Below are positions 23,469-35,401 of a DNA stretch of 64,000 nucleotides, piece after piece (the first letter of the stretch is position 1; each line of letters begins with the position of its first letter). Made by a program: the position numbers and the translations under genes. The notes beneath the pieces were generated by a model, which searched no databases, was not told where the DNA came from, and worked only from the letters and a program-made list of their open reading frames with translations. The stretch is from Oikopleura dioica (lineage: Eukaryota; Animalia; Chordata): assembly GCA_907165135.1 (NCBI GenBank), contig OU015567.1:15190001-15254000 (forward strand), given 5' to 3'.

Positions 23469-24088
23469 GCTTCAATCTTTCATATCATCAATCCAGATTT
23501 ACCTTTTTAATGGAAATTTTCAGAGAACGACGGTCTGTTTTATTTTGAAGGCGATTTTTAGGTACAAACACCATAGAAAGTACTCAAAATAAGGGTTTTT
23601 TCGAAATCTACGCTGCATTTTAGGCAGGGTTTCTTTGAAAAATGAATAAATTCGTAACAGGGATTCGGCACTACGAAAGTTCAATATTCAAGGCTATATC
23701 CTTAAACTTATTCCATAATCGAGCTTCAACAAAAAAGTCTGTGTTACATGAATTAAAATAAACGTCTAACAAAAAAATTTATCAAAGAAATGAAATGTCA
23801 AAAGACAAATTGTCTATTTAAAAGTCTGAAAACAGAAAATATTAACAATAATAAAATTCAAAAAGAAAAATATCATCTTGTTATTTTGCTTACCGATAGA
23901 GGCATCCGCGCGCTTTCAGTAATAGAAAAGCGGCAACAAGCAGCTTGATTTTCGGTTTGGCGCAAGAGCGCCATACTGTATCATATACGAGACACGGTAT
24001 TCTCTCGCTATAAAGATCGAATCATTTCGATCGTGTTATTATCAGAATCTCCAGAAAAAGAGTAAACTTTACTTTTTGGTACTGAAAG

Positions 24089-25883
24089 ATGAAGATTGCT
24101 CAATACCTTTTTGCCGTCGCTCAAGCAAGCGACTATCAAACTGGCTACATTTCATACTTGAAAGGAGATCCCGTCCATGACGCAAAACTCAATTATATAG
24201 GCCATCAAGGTAAAATAAGTCACTTTGATTATCATTAAAATAAATTTTTTTGTCAAGCTTCCATCGAACGCCGAATGGGCTGGCAGCGCTCTTCAGCTGG
24301 TTTTGCTTTCCCTGGCTGTACAGAAGAAGATATCTTTAAGGGATCTTTAAGGTCAGCTTAAAGAGTTTCTTTTCGCTTAAACTTGTTTTCTAGTGATTCG
24401 GTGATCAACGAAACAGTCGTCAATTTTGCCGGTGAAGTTCTGATCGAGGCTGGTAAATCGGGAACAACTGGACAGTACTATGTCGACGAGATGGATGACT
24501 CTGACAAGTTAGAGTCAGATGCTCACTACTGCTTCGGAAAAAAGAAGGAAGGCTTCCTCGTCAGTGAGCCTTTTATTCATCGTGGTCAAGGATGCTGCAT
24601 CACTGATTTGACTGACGATGACGGAAACAGTGTCGGTGGAGAGTACAAAATTGAAGCAAAGGTTTATGACCTTGATAACAAATCACCTTCTATTTTCGGG
24701 TAAATACTCTTTTAATCTTTGCTTTAATGTTCTAATATTATTATTTTCTTTTAGACTTCCGAACAGATGGAATATCATGTTTGGCTGCCAGAACCAACAG
24801 CTCGAGCTTGCTCCACACGACCCTGATTCTGATGACGAAGTTCGATGCCGCTGGGCTACGTTCGATGAGGCGAAGGGAATGGCCCGGGTCAACGGAACGT
24901 TCGATTCTTTGGTGCTCGACGAGACGCTTTGCACGATCACATACGTACCCGAACTGAACAAGTCTCCTGGATTTCAACCGATTGCTATTCAAATCGAGGA
25001 TTTCGACATTTTTGGAAATATAAAATCTTCCATGCCCGTTCAACTCAGGGCAAACATTTGGACTCCGGATGCAGAATTTCCAACTTACTGTGAGAATCGG
25101 CCCACATTTACAAGCTTGACGCCACAAAATAGGGGCGAAATTAATGTTTTCTATAAAACCAACATTGTTTTCTTTGCATCATATTTTTTTAATAACAAGG
25201 AACGCTTTGATATGGATCGAATCGTATTTTCAAAGCCTCCAGGGATGACTTGTACAGAAATAAGTAAATTTACGGGTCATTCCTGGTGCACCTGGCGGCC
25301 AAGCAGTACAATCGATCGAGAGTTCTGCGCCGTTGCTTATGATCCGATGAACCGAAATACTGAACGAGTCTGTGTATCTCTTGCTGTTCAATCAAGAACC
25401 CATAACGCCCCAGAATGCAATGTTTGCAGCGGTGCTGGGAAGACATCTGCGGAAACGTACAGTGATTGCAAAAATTCAATGGTTAAAAAAACCTGTAGAT
25501 GTGAGGGTTGTTATGTCATTCCAAAATTAAAAATTTAAAGATGGTGATATCTGTGGAGTCGAAGTAAGAATGAATCGTGGAGAAGTGACTCAACTTGATA
25601 TGCGATGCAAGAATGAATATCAATGTATAAGAAACATGAAGTAAGTTTTGAAACGAGTCTCATTCTAACCAAACTTTAATTTTCTAGCAATAACTTCCAG
25701 CTCCCAGTAACTAAAAGTGCTTGCCGACCCGAGCCTCACCTTCAAACACGATATTTTGGCCAGTCGACTTGCTCCGGCTGTTTGAGAGCCTGTGGTAACG
25801 GTGAACCGTGCTATGATCCGACCACAAGTTACGACTTGGGCTTAGTGCCTAGAATTGCTTGGACTGACATCAATTACATGTAA
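24089..25883 (+). CDS. Secreted multi-exon protein with an integrin-beta-like (Sib-type) repeat module and Cys-rich tail
   Basis: Signal-like MKIAQYLFAVAQA; DPDSDDEVRCRWA...IAIQIEDF...SSMPVQL...NRPTF motif order; splice-bounded exons end DINYM-stop. Confidence 0.65.
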
Positions 25884-25937
25884 CACGCCACATTAAGAAG
25901 ACCTGATGATAATGGAAAGTTTGATTCCTCTCAAGAG

Positions 25938-26708
25938 CAGGGTAAAAATGGCGCGTGTTTCGCGCGGGATCTCCTGCGCGCGGAGAAAAAACCTCCCAGG
26001 GAGTGTGGGAGGTGGCGCCACTATCACAGAAAACCTTGTGAGGTGCCTCAAAAGCAACATCCCCGCACGCGCTGTGAGCTCACAGAGCTCGGGGGAGCTA
26101 TTCAAAACAGGCGGGCGCCTTACCAAATGAGACTCACCATTAGTTCAACTCGAAAGCAATAATTTAACTTACCTAAAATATAATATTTATTAATCTCTTC
26201 TGTACAATATGATAATCTTAGGCGCCCTTTCGGTCACATGGTATTTTTTTCCAAATTTTCAACTAAAGATAATTAAGTGACTCCCATTTTTAATATTGCC
26301 AAAAGTAAGTTTGAATTATTGTCTTTTTTAGGAGTTATTAATGTCATTTTTTATAGAGATAAAAGTTTTCGTACTAAAAAAAACTAAGTGTTTGAAAATA
26401 TTAAGTAAAATTCTTTTTGGTAATTTCAACAATTGTAATAAAAAAAAATCATGATAAAACATTCCTTATTTATACAAGCTTCTGATCTTATTGAGTCAGA
26501 GTGTGCACCCACCGAGATAATGACGCTCGCTCATGCTTTTCAAATGTCCCGCGCAGCGCGAGAGCCGTAGTGCGCCTTTACTGTTGCTCGTTTTGGATTG
26601 GAGCTCCCTCGCGCTCTGTGAGAAGACGAAAACCTCCCACACGCCCTGGGAGGTTTTTTTGGCGCGCGCGCGACATCCCAAGAATATCCCCCGCCATTTC
26701 TCACCCTG
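25938..26708. mobile_element. 771-bp non-autonomous hAT element
   Basis: CAGGGT..AAATGGCG TIRs; perfect 8-bp TSD CTCAAGAG at 25930-25937 and 26709-26716. Confidence 0.9.
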
Positions 26709-27019
26709 CTCAAGAGTGGAATATGACAACTTTCTTGATTTAAACGTCCTACTAATACTTGATTTATAATTTGCAATTATAAAGAATTCAGAATAAACAA
26801 ATCTATTAAAATTCGTCTTTTTCTTTATATTGTATATTGCGAGCAAATTGTTTTTATGTTCATCAATATAATTTAAAAAAGAAACAAATTTATGATACCT
26901 CGAAGCAGCGGAAATATTTCATTTTGCTCAGATTTTACGATTTTAACAGGATGTTATTATACAATTAACTGTCTGTCATCAGCAAATCTTTATTCGAAAA
27001 GAGAAACTATGCAAAAAAC

Positions 27020-28426
27020 ATGCGAAACACCTTTTATCAGTTTTTTCTAGCGCTTTGCTCCGCATGCGAGTTTTTCGAACTCAGCTGCAACCAGACTCAT
27101 GCAACTTTGTCCTTGTCGAGTTTCGAAATCGAGTGCGTTGAAAGATAGCTTTTTTCGAGATGATTTTCAAAGCACAATGAAAGAGCTCTAACTGTGGAAA
27201 TGCGACTTCTTTCTTTGATTCGAATTTCACCGGACTTTATGTCTCGCAGACAAAAAGTCTGTCAGTCAGACCAAATTTGCCAGCGAGCTGTAAATTGTCT
27301 TCAACGATGGACTTTGAATTTTCCGCCTGCTTTCAAGACCATGAAAGTACAAAAATCTATCGTTAGCTAAAACTTAATAGTGTTTTAGAAAATTTCACAG
27401 CGTATTTGGTTCAATATTTGGAATTCAACGGCTCTTACGTTCCTCTAATGACTTATGAAGCTCAAGAACTAGTTTGCGAACACGTTACTTTTGAAAATTA
27501 TACTCATCCGGACCCTGTTCTTTTCAACCGAACCGGTACGATTCTGTCTGCTAAAGTCGTTTACAAACTTAAGCGAAAAATTTGACAACGACTCACGGCG
27601 TTAATGGACAAATCCCCTTTACAGAAGATTCTATTCCTGAAGTATCTTTGACAACGAGTGGCGGCAGCAAACTCGGCGAGAAAATGACCCTCAAAGGAGT
27701 CACGAGCTTCGGCACTTCTGGACCTGGCGTTATTCTCGTCAATTGCACGATTCGGATGGACAACAGGACCTTTCAAATAATCGAAAACAAGTTTGACTTT
27801 TTCTTATAATTCCTAGAGTTCACGTGCTTCAGGGAAATCACTTCTATTGGACATCTTCTCAGAGGTGAACTAAGATGCGACCATGGCTTTGAATTCAGAA
27901 GATTTTCCACTTCCCCCGACACAGGAAAAGACCCCAAAATTCAATTAAAATGGAGGGTTGAGAAAAAAAATCTTTAAAAAAGCGCACACGATGAATTTTG
28001 AATGTTCGGTTGAGCTAGGGCCTACTCCTCGAACTGCACTTGGCTGCTGTTGCGAGTTTTATTCTGGTTTTATCAATAGAAACTGCATCGCGACAGGTTC
28101 AACTAGTTTTTGACCGACATTAATTTTTCTTAAGGAGAACTAAAGAATGGAAAGGACATTTATCAATGCGAAGGGAGTACTAAAAAAGTAGTCTGGGGCT
28201 CAAAATGGGGAATGTGGAGTGGAGGAGGCTATTACTCTTTGGGCACGAGCGCTCACGACAGTCGATGTCTTGGAGACTACGGCGAATTCGAAGGCGCAGA
28301 TTATGTCTGGCAGGAAAGGTTCTGAGTAAACTGTAGTTTAAAAATCTCACAAAATACAGCACCTGCGAGTAGAACGGTTATCAACTGAAGCTGGAATGTC
28401 TTATTTACTATCCGAAAATATACTGA
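27020..28426 (+). CDS. Secreted Cys-containing protein, paralog B; apparent frameshift at A5 run 28182-28186
   Basis: MRNTFYQFFLALCSA-CEFFELSCNQTH; similar exon layout and motifs to 17484-18869. Confidence 0.7.
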
Positions 28427-28644
28427 TTAAAGATACTGTAAATAAAGCACAAGTAATAATCGACTTTCTTCTGATAGATTTAGAAAAAGGTTAAATTTAT
28501 TGAATGAGCAGATTTTCTAGCTGTATAAAGGTTGTGAGAGCACCGGAATGTGGCAAGTGCAACATAGTTTAAATTTCGAGGAAAGTAGAGTCACCTAAAA
28601 TCTATGTTGATTTCTGTTATACAATAAATATTTTTACCTATATC

Positions 28645-29304
28645 TTATCGATGAAACAATTCGTTGTAGACATCCCAGAAGAGATCGTTAGAGGCCTGGC
28701 GTCCGCGACCAGAGACCGGATTCAGTCGTCCTCCGTCCAGCTCGATCATGTAAGTGAGAAAGTAGGCTTCGGCCATTTGCAGCCAGAATCGCTCTTTTCC
28801 ATGGATCCGAAAGAGTCCATCGTACTGGTACGCATTGTATTCCGAATCGGCGAGCCACGTGCAGAAAACTTTTCCTGGGCTTCCGTACATATCGATTTCT
28901 ATCTTGAAAAAGGGTTCGTTTTTGATTTTAGAGTATTTTCAGACATAACTGTCTGTCAGACAGCAGACAGAAAGACATCACAAATGAGTAACGACGGCTA
29001 ATTTTTAGACACTAGTTTACTGTCCAAAATACTTAAAAGAGTTTTTAAATTAGAAATAAGAACCCATGCTCGTACTCGATCTTTGAAGATCTTGCCCACT
29101 CGTTATACTGTTTCCGCTCTTTCTTTGTACGGTATCCGTTCGTTTTTTGCATTATCTCGAAAAGCGCCTATATTTGAATTCTTAGTTTTTTGATCGAGAA
29201 ATGCTTTTGAAACTTACCTTTGACATTTTTTCGCTTGCAATCGTGGAACTTCGAGTTCCAGGTGGCAAAGGAAGTTCTTTTCGCTCTCCGTAAGGTACCG
29301 CCAT
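28645..29304 (-). CDS. Uncharacterised protein, about 4 exons
   Basis: MAVPYGERKELPLPPG exon with gtaag donor; ALFEIMQKTNGYRTKKERKQYNEW exon; last exon ends WDVYNELFHR-stop. Confidence 0.55.
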
Positions 29305-29726
29305 AATTTCAGTTTTGTTGTCTAAAATCGTTTTTCTCTATGATATGGTTTGTTTACTGCGAAAAAATTTTTCGGTAGTTCTGATGAAAAAGCACAGTTA
29401 AATCCGATTAATTCTCTTTCCGGTCCTGTTTTTCAGAACTGGCGCGAAGAAGTGTCCCAGATAGTCTTCCTTCAGTCACGAGCCAATCATACGACGTAAA
29501 TTACTGTCTCCCATATTTTCAATTTTTTATCAAAAAAGCGCTTATCACTGAAATTGAGTTATGACCAGAAAACAATAGAAAACAAGATTTTTAATATTTC
29601 ATTAACATTTTTGAAATTATTTTTTTCAAAAAATCATAAATGGCGGCGTCCGTCTTTGAACTCTAATTTGCGTAATTTTCCATTTTTCGCAAAACAAAAC
29701 TTTTTTTTTCTCTTCTAAAGAAAATC

Positions 29727-31696
29727 ATGAGAGAAGAAGACACAAATTCCGTTTTTCAAAATTTCGCGAAAACCACGACTCTCCATGGACCCGGGAATAT
29801 TTTCAGAGCAATCAGAAAATGGGCAAAAATTGTCTGGACAGTCTCGTTGTTGTCTTCATTTTCCGTTTTTATTTGGCAAGCAATCTCGCTTGTTCAAGAG
29901 TATTTTACTTATCCAGTGAGTACTTCTGGCTTCATTCTCCGGCAAACAGAGACGTTTTTTCCGACAATTACTGTGTGCAATCAAAATCCAGCGAAGTCCT
30001 CGTTAATCCACCAAAACGACGAGACGAGGCTCAGGGACCTCGCTTCCATCAACAATCTTTTCCAGGGCTGCAAAGATATTCTCTACTCTGGAGAGGGATA
30101 CAGAACTGTTTATGCCAGCGACTTGGGCTTCAATTGTAAGAATGATACGACCGTGCTCAAGAATATCACGACTTTACAAACATGCTTGGAGTATTATTGG
30201 TTCGATAAACTTGAAGAAGTGAAGATAAAATTCGAGAATAAAACTGAGTACGAAAAAATCATCGCTGAAAAGTCAGCAACTTGCAGGAATTGGGCCTTAC
30301 GCACTTTAATTCTCTTTTTATTGAAGTTGGAAAAGAACAACTACCCAGGTAGAGCCCATTTTCTAGAGCTCGAAGACAAGCGGATGACTTTGAGTGGTGG
30401 TTACCCGATGAAACCTTTCTTTTATCTCCTCACACGCAGGTTTAATTTCACAGAAATTCAGCTACTTCAAACCTCCTTTTCAGAATTATACTGATCTCTG
30501 GGCTGACCTTATTCATTCTTCAAAAAACCTCGAGCTTTTAAAAATCAATTCTCTTTTCGAACTCGATCTTTCAGAAGCAAAAACTTTCAGCACGAATCCT
30601 GAAGATTTCATCCTTCTGTGCTCTTTCGACGGAAAAGCATGCCACCCAAGCGATTTCAAAGTCTTCCAAAACAAAGAATACGGCAACTGCTTCTCTTTCA
30701 ACCACGGAACTGGCGGCGCTCAGATTTTACGAAGCGACAAAACTGGCGCTAGCTCTGGTCTTTCGCTGGTCTTGAATACCAATCAAAGTGAAAACTTTTA
30801 CTCTGACTTGAATGGTGCACGACTGGTGATTTCTAACCCCTACGAGTATCCGTTCCCGCAGCAAAACGGAATCAACCTTGGAGTTGGCGTTCAAACGCAA
30901 ATTTCAATCAAGCAGCACGAAATTATGAGGACACAGCTTCCCTACGGCGGGCAAAATTGCTCTGACGACTTTTTGTAAGCGAAAAATTCATTCCCCTTTT
31001 TGAATCATATTAAGGACTCCTTGTGTCTTTGATGGAATCTACACTTTTTCCGCTTGTATTCGAAGCTGTATCCAGTTAAAAATCATTGAAAAATGTGGCT
31101 GTATTGATGAAATTCAAGCGGTTTCCTCTACTAGACGATGCAATGCTACTGTTGCTGATGATCGTGAATGCAGAGAAAAGGTTTATTCCGACTTCGCTGA
31201 AGGCAAAATCGACTGCGACTGTGTTCACCGCTGCAACGAGATTTACTACACCATGGAAAGCAGCATTTCTGAGTGGCCCTCGAAAAAATACGAGCCATAC
31301 TTGTGGGCTTCCTTGACTAAAAAAGTGCCGAATATAATGTCGGAGCTGGAAACAACCAAATTGACGAAAGAGAACTTGATGTCGGTGAAAATTTACTTCA
31401 GCGAATTGAATCGGTCTGTTTTGAAGGAGAGTCCGAAATTTACGATTTTTGGATTGATGTCGACAATTGGAGGAAGCTTGGGTCTTTACGTTGGCATGTC
31501 TTTTATAACGATGATAGAGTTTTTTGGCTTCCTGCTCGATCTTGTCAAAAGATGTGTCAGCAAATCTGCGTACTCACTTCGAAGGAAATGTTTAGGATTA
31601 GCAAATACCAATTATAGCAATTTTATAAGCAAAAATGACAAAAGAAAGCAAAAACTAAATGATCCTAAACAAATATTAGTTCTACCACAGCAATAG
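29727..31696 (+). CDS. DEG/ENaC (ASIC/ENaC) sodium channel subunit
   Basis: TTLHG motif, TM1, FPTITVCNQNP, ILLCSFDGKAC...YGNCFSFN, Cys-rich thumb, TM2 IGGSLGLYVGMSFITMIEF. Confidence 0.95.
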
Positions 31697-32238
31697 TCGA
31701 TTCTTCATCTGAAAAATGAAAGCCTCTGTCTAACCGCTACTTATATATGACATTAATAGTGTCTTATTTTAAATGAATAAACTGATTCGATATCTAAACC
31801 ATCATCAAGATATTCGCGTACGATCATCCTAATGTATGCAAGGAGGGGTTGGAGACTTTCCCGAAGACTAGCGTAAGCAAATATGCGTTGAAATAGTTTC
31901 GGAATTAAGGCCTAAGTTTCTTATCTCTAGCAGAAACATCCTGGTGCTGATTACTTCTCAACGCCTCTTGCCCTGGCTTGGATCCTCCATCAGAGAATCT
32001 GAAGCTAATAATCTCTGAGATTCAAGCTATATTTTTATCGAGGAAAATAAGAAATACCGGTCTCACCACGCATGGCGTTCTACCGCCCAAACAGTCTGGG
32101 AAACTTCTTCTCTCCCATTATATTGATTGAAAGAACCCCTTTATTCAGTTTGACGAGACTTGACGGAAAGAGTTTGCATTGAAAAAGAATAGATAATTGC
32201 CAATTATTAATTGGTATTCCTGTTAAAGAGATTTTACA

Positions 32239-32980
32239 ATGAAAACTTCGAAAGAAATGAGCTTCGCTAATTTCCAGAGAAAATATCACGAAGCCAGCGC
32301 AACGATAATCCAAAGAGACTCAGAAATAGCAAATCTCAACGAAATCATCGAATCAAAGGACCAGATCATCAGAAACCTTCAAGCTTCATTTGAAAAACTG
32401 AGAAAAGAAGTAGAGAACGAATCTTCAAAAAGAAGCACACGCGAAATTATGAAAATCAAGGAAAATAATAAAAACGCGCTAGTTTTTCAGAAATCACAGA
32501 TTCAGCGGCTAGAGCGGCAGAAAGAAAAGCTAGAGGATGAAGGAAGAAAACGCAAAGAGCTCCAAGATGAATTAAAAAAGGAAATAAACGCGTTGAAAGA
32601 AGAACAGCAGAGAATGCGGAATAAACAGCAAGAAGATGAGAACCAAATTATTCAACTTAAAGCAGAACTTGACGAAAAATACAAGAAAAATCGACTTGGC
32701 GACGGGACAACTGAAATCGGAATCGAAGGCTCGACGAGTTCTCTCCTTCATCAATCAACAACTGAGCGATCTAAATCGAAAATTCGACAAGCAAACAGAT
32801 GAAATCACTGAATTACGTGGACAAATGCAAGAGCTCAAGATGGAGAATCAAACTCGCGTGGCCCTGTACAGCGGCGAGAGAAAAGTAATTTTTTAGTTGA
32901 GTTTATTTAAAAAAAATATTTTCAGAACGATTTTGAGAGACAGACGAGTCCGGCAAAGAAAATCTACGCAGTTAAAAATT
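32239..32980 (+). CDS. Coiled-coil protein with an apparent +1 frameshift at 32686-32690; end approximate
   Basis: Heptad-rich 187-aa ORF continues naturally in the overlapping frame (KIDLATGQLKSESKARRVLSFINQQL). Confidence 0.6.
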
Positions 32981-33031
32981 GAATTATCTTCATCAAAAGA
33001 TTCATTCTCAAGCATGTTTTTTAAATAACAT

Positions 33032-33651
33032 TTATTCTTTCGTATTCACTAAAGGTGAAGGAACACATTTGTTGTTTTCACAAATTTCATCAAAGGCACA
33101 GTAGACATTACTTAAACATTCAACTGTATGACACTTGTTCTTTTTGCAGATTTGATTTGCATCGCAGTGCCTGTTTCTATCGCATTCAACATACTCGCAG
33201 AAAGGAAGGCTGATTGGGCTCCAAGACGTTGACCTTATACAGCGTCCTTTCTCACCGCAATCACGATGCTGAGCGCATTTGACTTCAACGCAGATATTTG
33301 ACCATTTGTCGCACATATGAGGGCGATCGTATTTGCAAGTATAACAATGATTATTCTTTGTGCATTCAACCGGCATGCATTTGTTCTCAACGCAACGGTA
33401 GGGTCCTCCTTCTTTGTAAAGTTCAGCACAGTGTTGATTTCTTAAGCATTCTCTAAACTCGCAAACACCACGAACACAAGCACATTTTCCATCTCTGCAT
33501 TCAAGATTACCGTTGATCAAACAATCATTTTTATGTAAACATTCTTAATTAAGAATGGATTTATTACCAATTTTCTGAAAATTAAAATAAACTAACCTCT
33601 TGTCGCAGCATCTGCTTGATAGACAAACCAACAAAAAATGAATACAATCAT
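33032..33651 (-). CDS. Secreted Cys-rich repeat protein (VEC-x3-HC repeats)
   Basis: Signal exon MIVFIFCWFVYQADAATR with gt donor, then 6-7 repeats. Confidence 0.85.
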
Positions 33652-34028
33652 CTTCAAATTCTAGTTTTTTGAAATACAAGATTGACTGATTTTTCATTTT
33701 ATAGAAGAATTGGTGGAGCCCCCGAGTTCCATACGCGGAAAAAGTATTTTTTGAGCTTCTTGTTTTACTCGTTTCATTTCACCGCTAAAATAACTTCCAT
33801 GACGAGATCCCTTGTTGGGTAATGAAATAAAAAAATAGTCCAAAAAATTTCTTTCAACGAAAAAAATTCTGAAGTTATTGTAGCGGTCGACTTAAACGGG
33901 TGGAACCAGATTCTTCAAGAAGAAAAAAGGATGTGATTTTGGTTCTTGAAACTCGGTAGCACCACCACACCATAAAAAGGACGGAAAAGCTCGAGAGCAA
34001 AGAAAAAAAAAAGAGAAATCTTGTCATC

Positions 34029-34802
34029 ATGAAATTCGATGTCAATGTTTTTTTGCTTTTTTTGACCAGTGCGACAGCTTATGGTAAGAATTTGCTGATT
34101 GTAAAAAATGACCAGAGATCTTCTATTTTAGAACCCTGTTATAATAATAATGACTGTACCTCGCAATGTCGTTCGATTGGAAGCTGCATCTGCAATGAAC
34201 GCATATGTGTAGAAGTTGAATGCACCAAAAACGAGCACTGCTCAATGCGCTACGGAGATAAAAACGGGTTTATTTGTAACGAATCTCATCATTGTCAAAT
34301 GGTACAGTGTACAAATAATCTTCATTGCCGCGTTTTTTGCCAAGATGAAATCTGCATCTGCGCCGAAAACAAGTGCCGGGAAGTTGAGTGCACTAGAAAC
34401 CATCACTGCGTCGAGCGATACGGAGAGGAAGAAGGTTATATCTGTAACAAGTCTCATCAATGTGAAAGGGTCGAGTGCACCAAGAACCATCATTGCATTG
34501 GTTGCCGCTACGAAAGCTTACCTTTCGCCTGTGATAAAAAATCAAATCGATGCGTGGAAGTCGACTGCGTGAGAAATGAGCATTGTAGGGAAAAAGAACG
34601 ATGTATTTACAAAAAATGCAAAGTGATGTTTGAGTGCGAAAAACACAGTCATTGCAAGGACGATGAAATATGCAGAGGAAATCGCTGCTACAAAAGAGAA
34701 TGCTACAGTAATTTCCTTTGCGGGGATAACGAAATCTGCAAAAATCATAAATGTATACCCGGGAAATCGAAAAAGCCCGGTTCATCTTACTCTTACTATT
34801 AA
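34029..34802 (+). CDS. Secreted Cys-rich repeat protein (VEC-x3-HC repeats), divergent paralog
   Basis: Signal MKFDVNVFLLFLTSATAYG; about 8 repeats; probable short intron after the signal (gtaag ~34084). Confidence 0.85.
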   Translation: MKFDVNVFLLFLTSATAYGKNLLIVKNDQRSSILEPCYNNNDCTSQCRSIGSCICNERICVEVECTKNEHCSMRYGDKNGFICNESHHCQMVQCTNNLHCRVFCQDEICICAENKCREVECTRNHHCVERYGEEEGYICNKSHQCERVECTKNHHCIGCRYESLPFACDKKSNRCVEVDCVRNEHCREKERCIYKKCKVMFECEKHSHCKDDEICRGNRCYKRECYSNFLCGDNEICKNHKCIPGKSKKPGSSYSYY

Positions 34803-35401
34803 ATTTGCTCTGAAAGCTTCTTATAATAAATTGCCTTACAAAAATGCTCGCTTTATTCATTCTTTATTTCTCAGAATCGAGAGGTTCAACTTCAAAAAAC
34901 TTTTTGTCCCTCCATCCGAAAAGTTCAACGCCCTCGAATATGCGGAATCGTAGGCTTCAGCTTCATGAAACCGGCTACATCGATAAAATTCAGGCTGTTT
35001 CCTCTAGTAGAAGATGCGATTCTACTATTGCGGGTGATCTTGAATGGAGAGAGAAAGTTGAGAAACAAATGCTATTCTTGATGATTTTCCTACGAGGGAA
35101 AAAAGTAAGCACTGTTTTTTATTGAGCGATTAATCTTGCAATAATCAAAGTCTGCACAATAAAAATGTGCCATAATTCGACCAAAAACAGAAAATACATC
35201 ATCGTTATAATGCTAAAGCTGGCCAATGAGAACGATTCGATAGGAAAGACAAGGATTTTCTTTCAAAAGTCAGTTAGATCAGCGAAATAAAATTTGAATA
35301 ATAAGCCCGGATTAGCGAGCTCTCTTACCCCAACGCCACCAGACAATCAAAAATATTCTATAAAAGCAAATTTTTCATTCGAAAACTCAAAAAAAGACTA
35401 G

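Larger units (their letters stand above)
19945..23701. mobile_element. 3.76-kb TTAA-flanked element with GG...CC termini and ~270-bp inverted arms (Kolobok-like)
   Basis: TTAA|GGATATAGCCTTGAATATTGAAC at 19941 and GTTCAATATTCAAGGCTATATCC|TTAA at 23705; arms 19945-~20215 and ~23120-23701 are reverse complements apart from a MITE in the right arm. Confidence 0.7.

Noticed and set aside
25893-26846. ORFs on both strands
   Set aside because: By-products of the GC-rich ends of the hAT element
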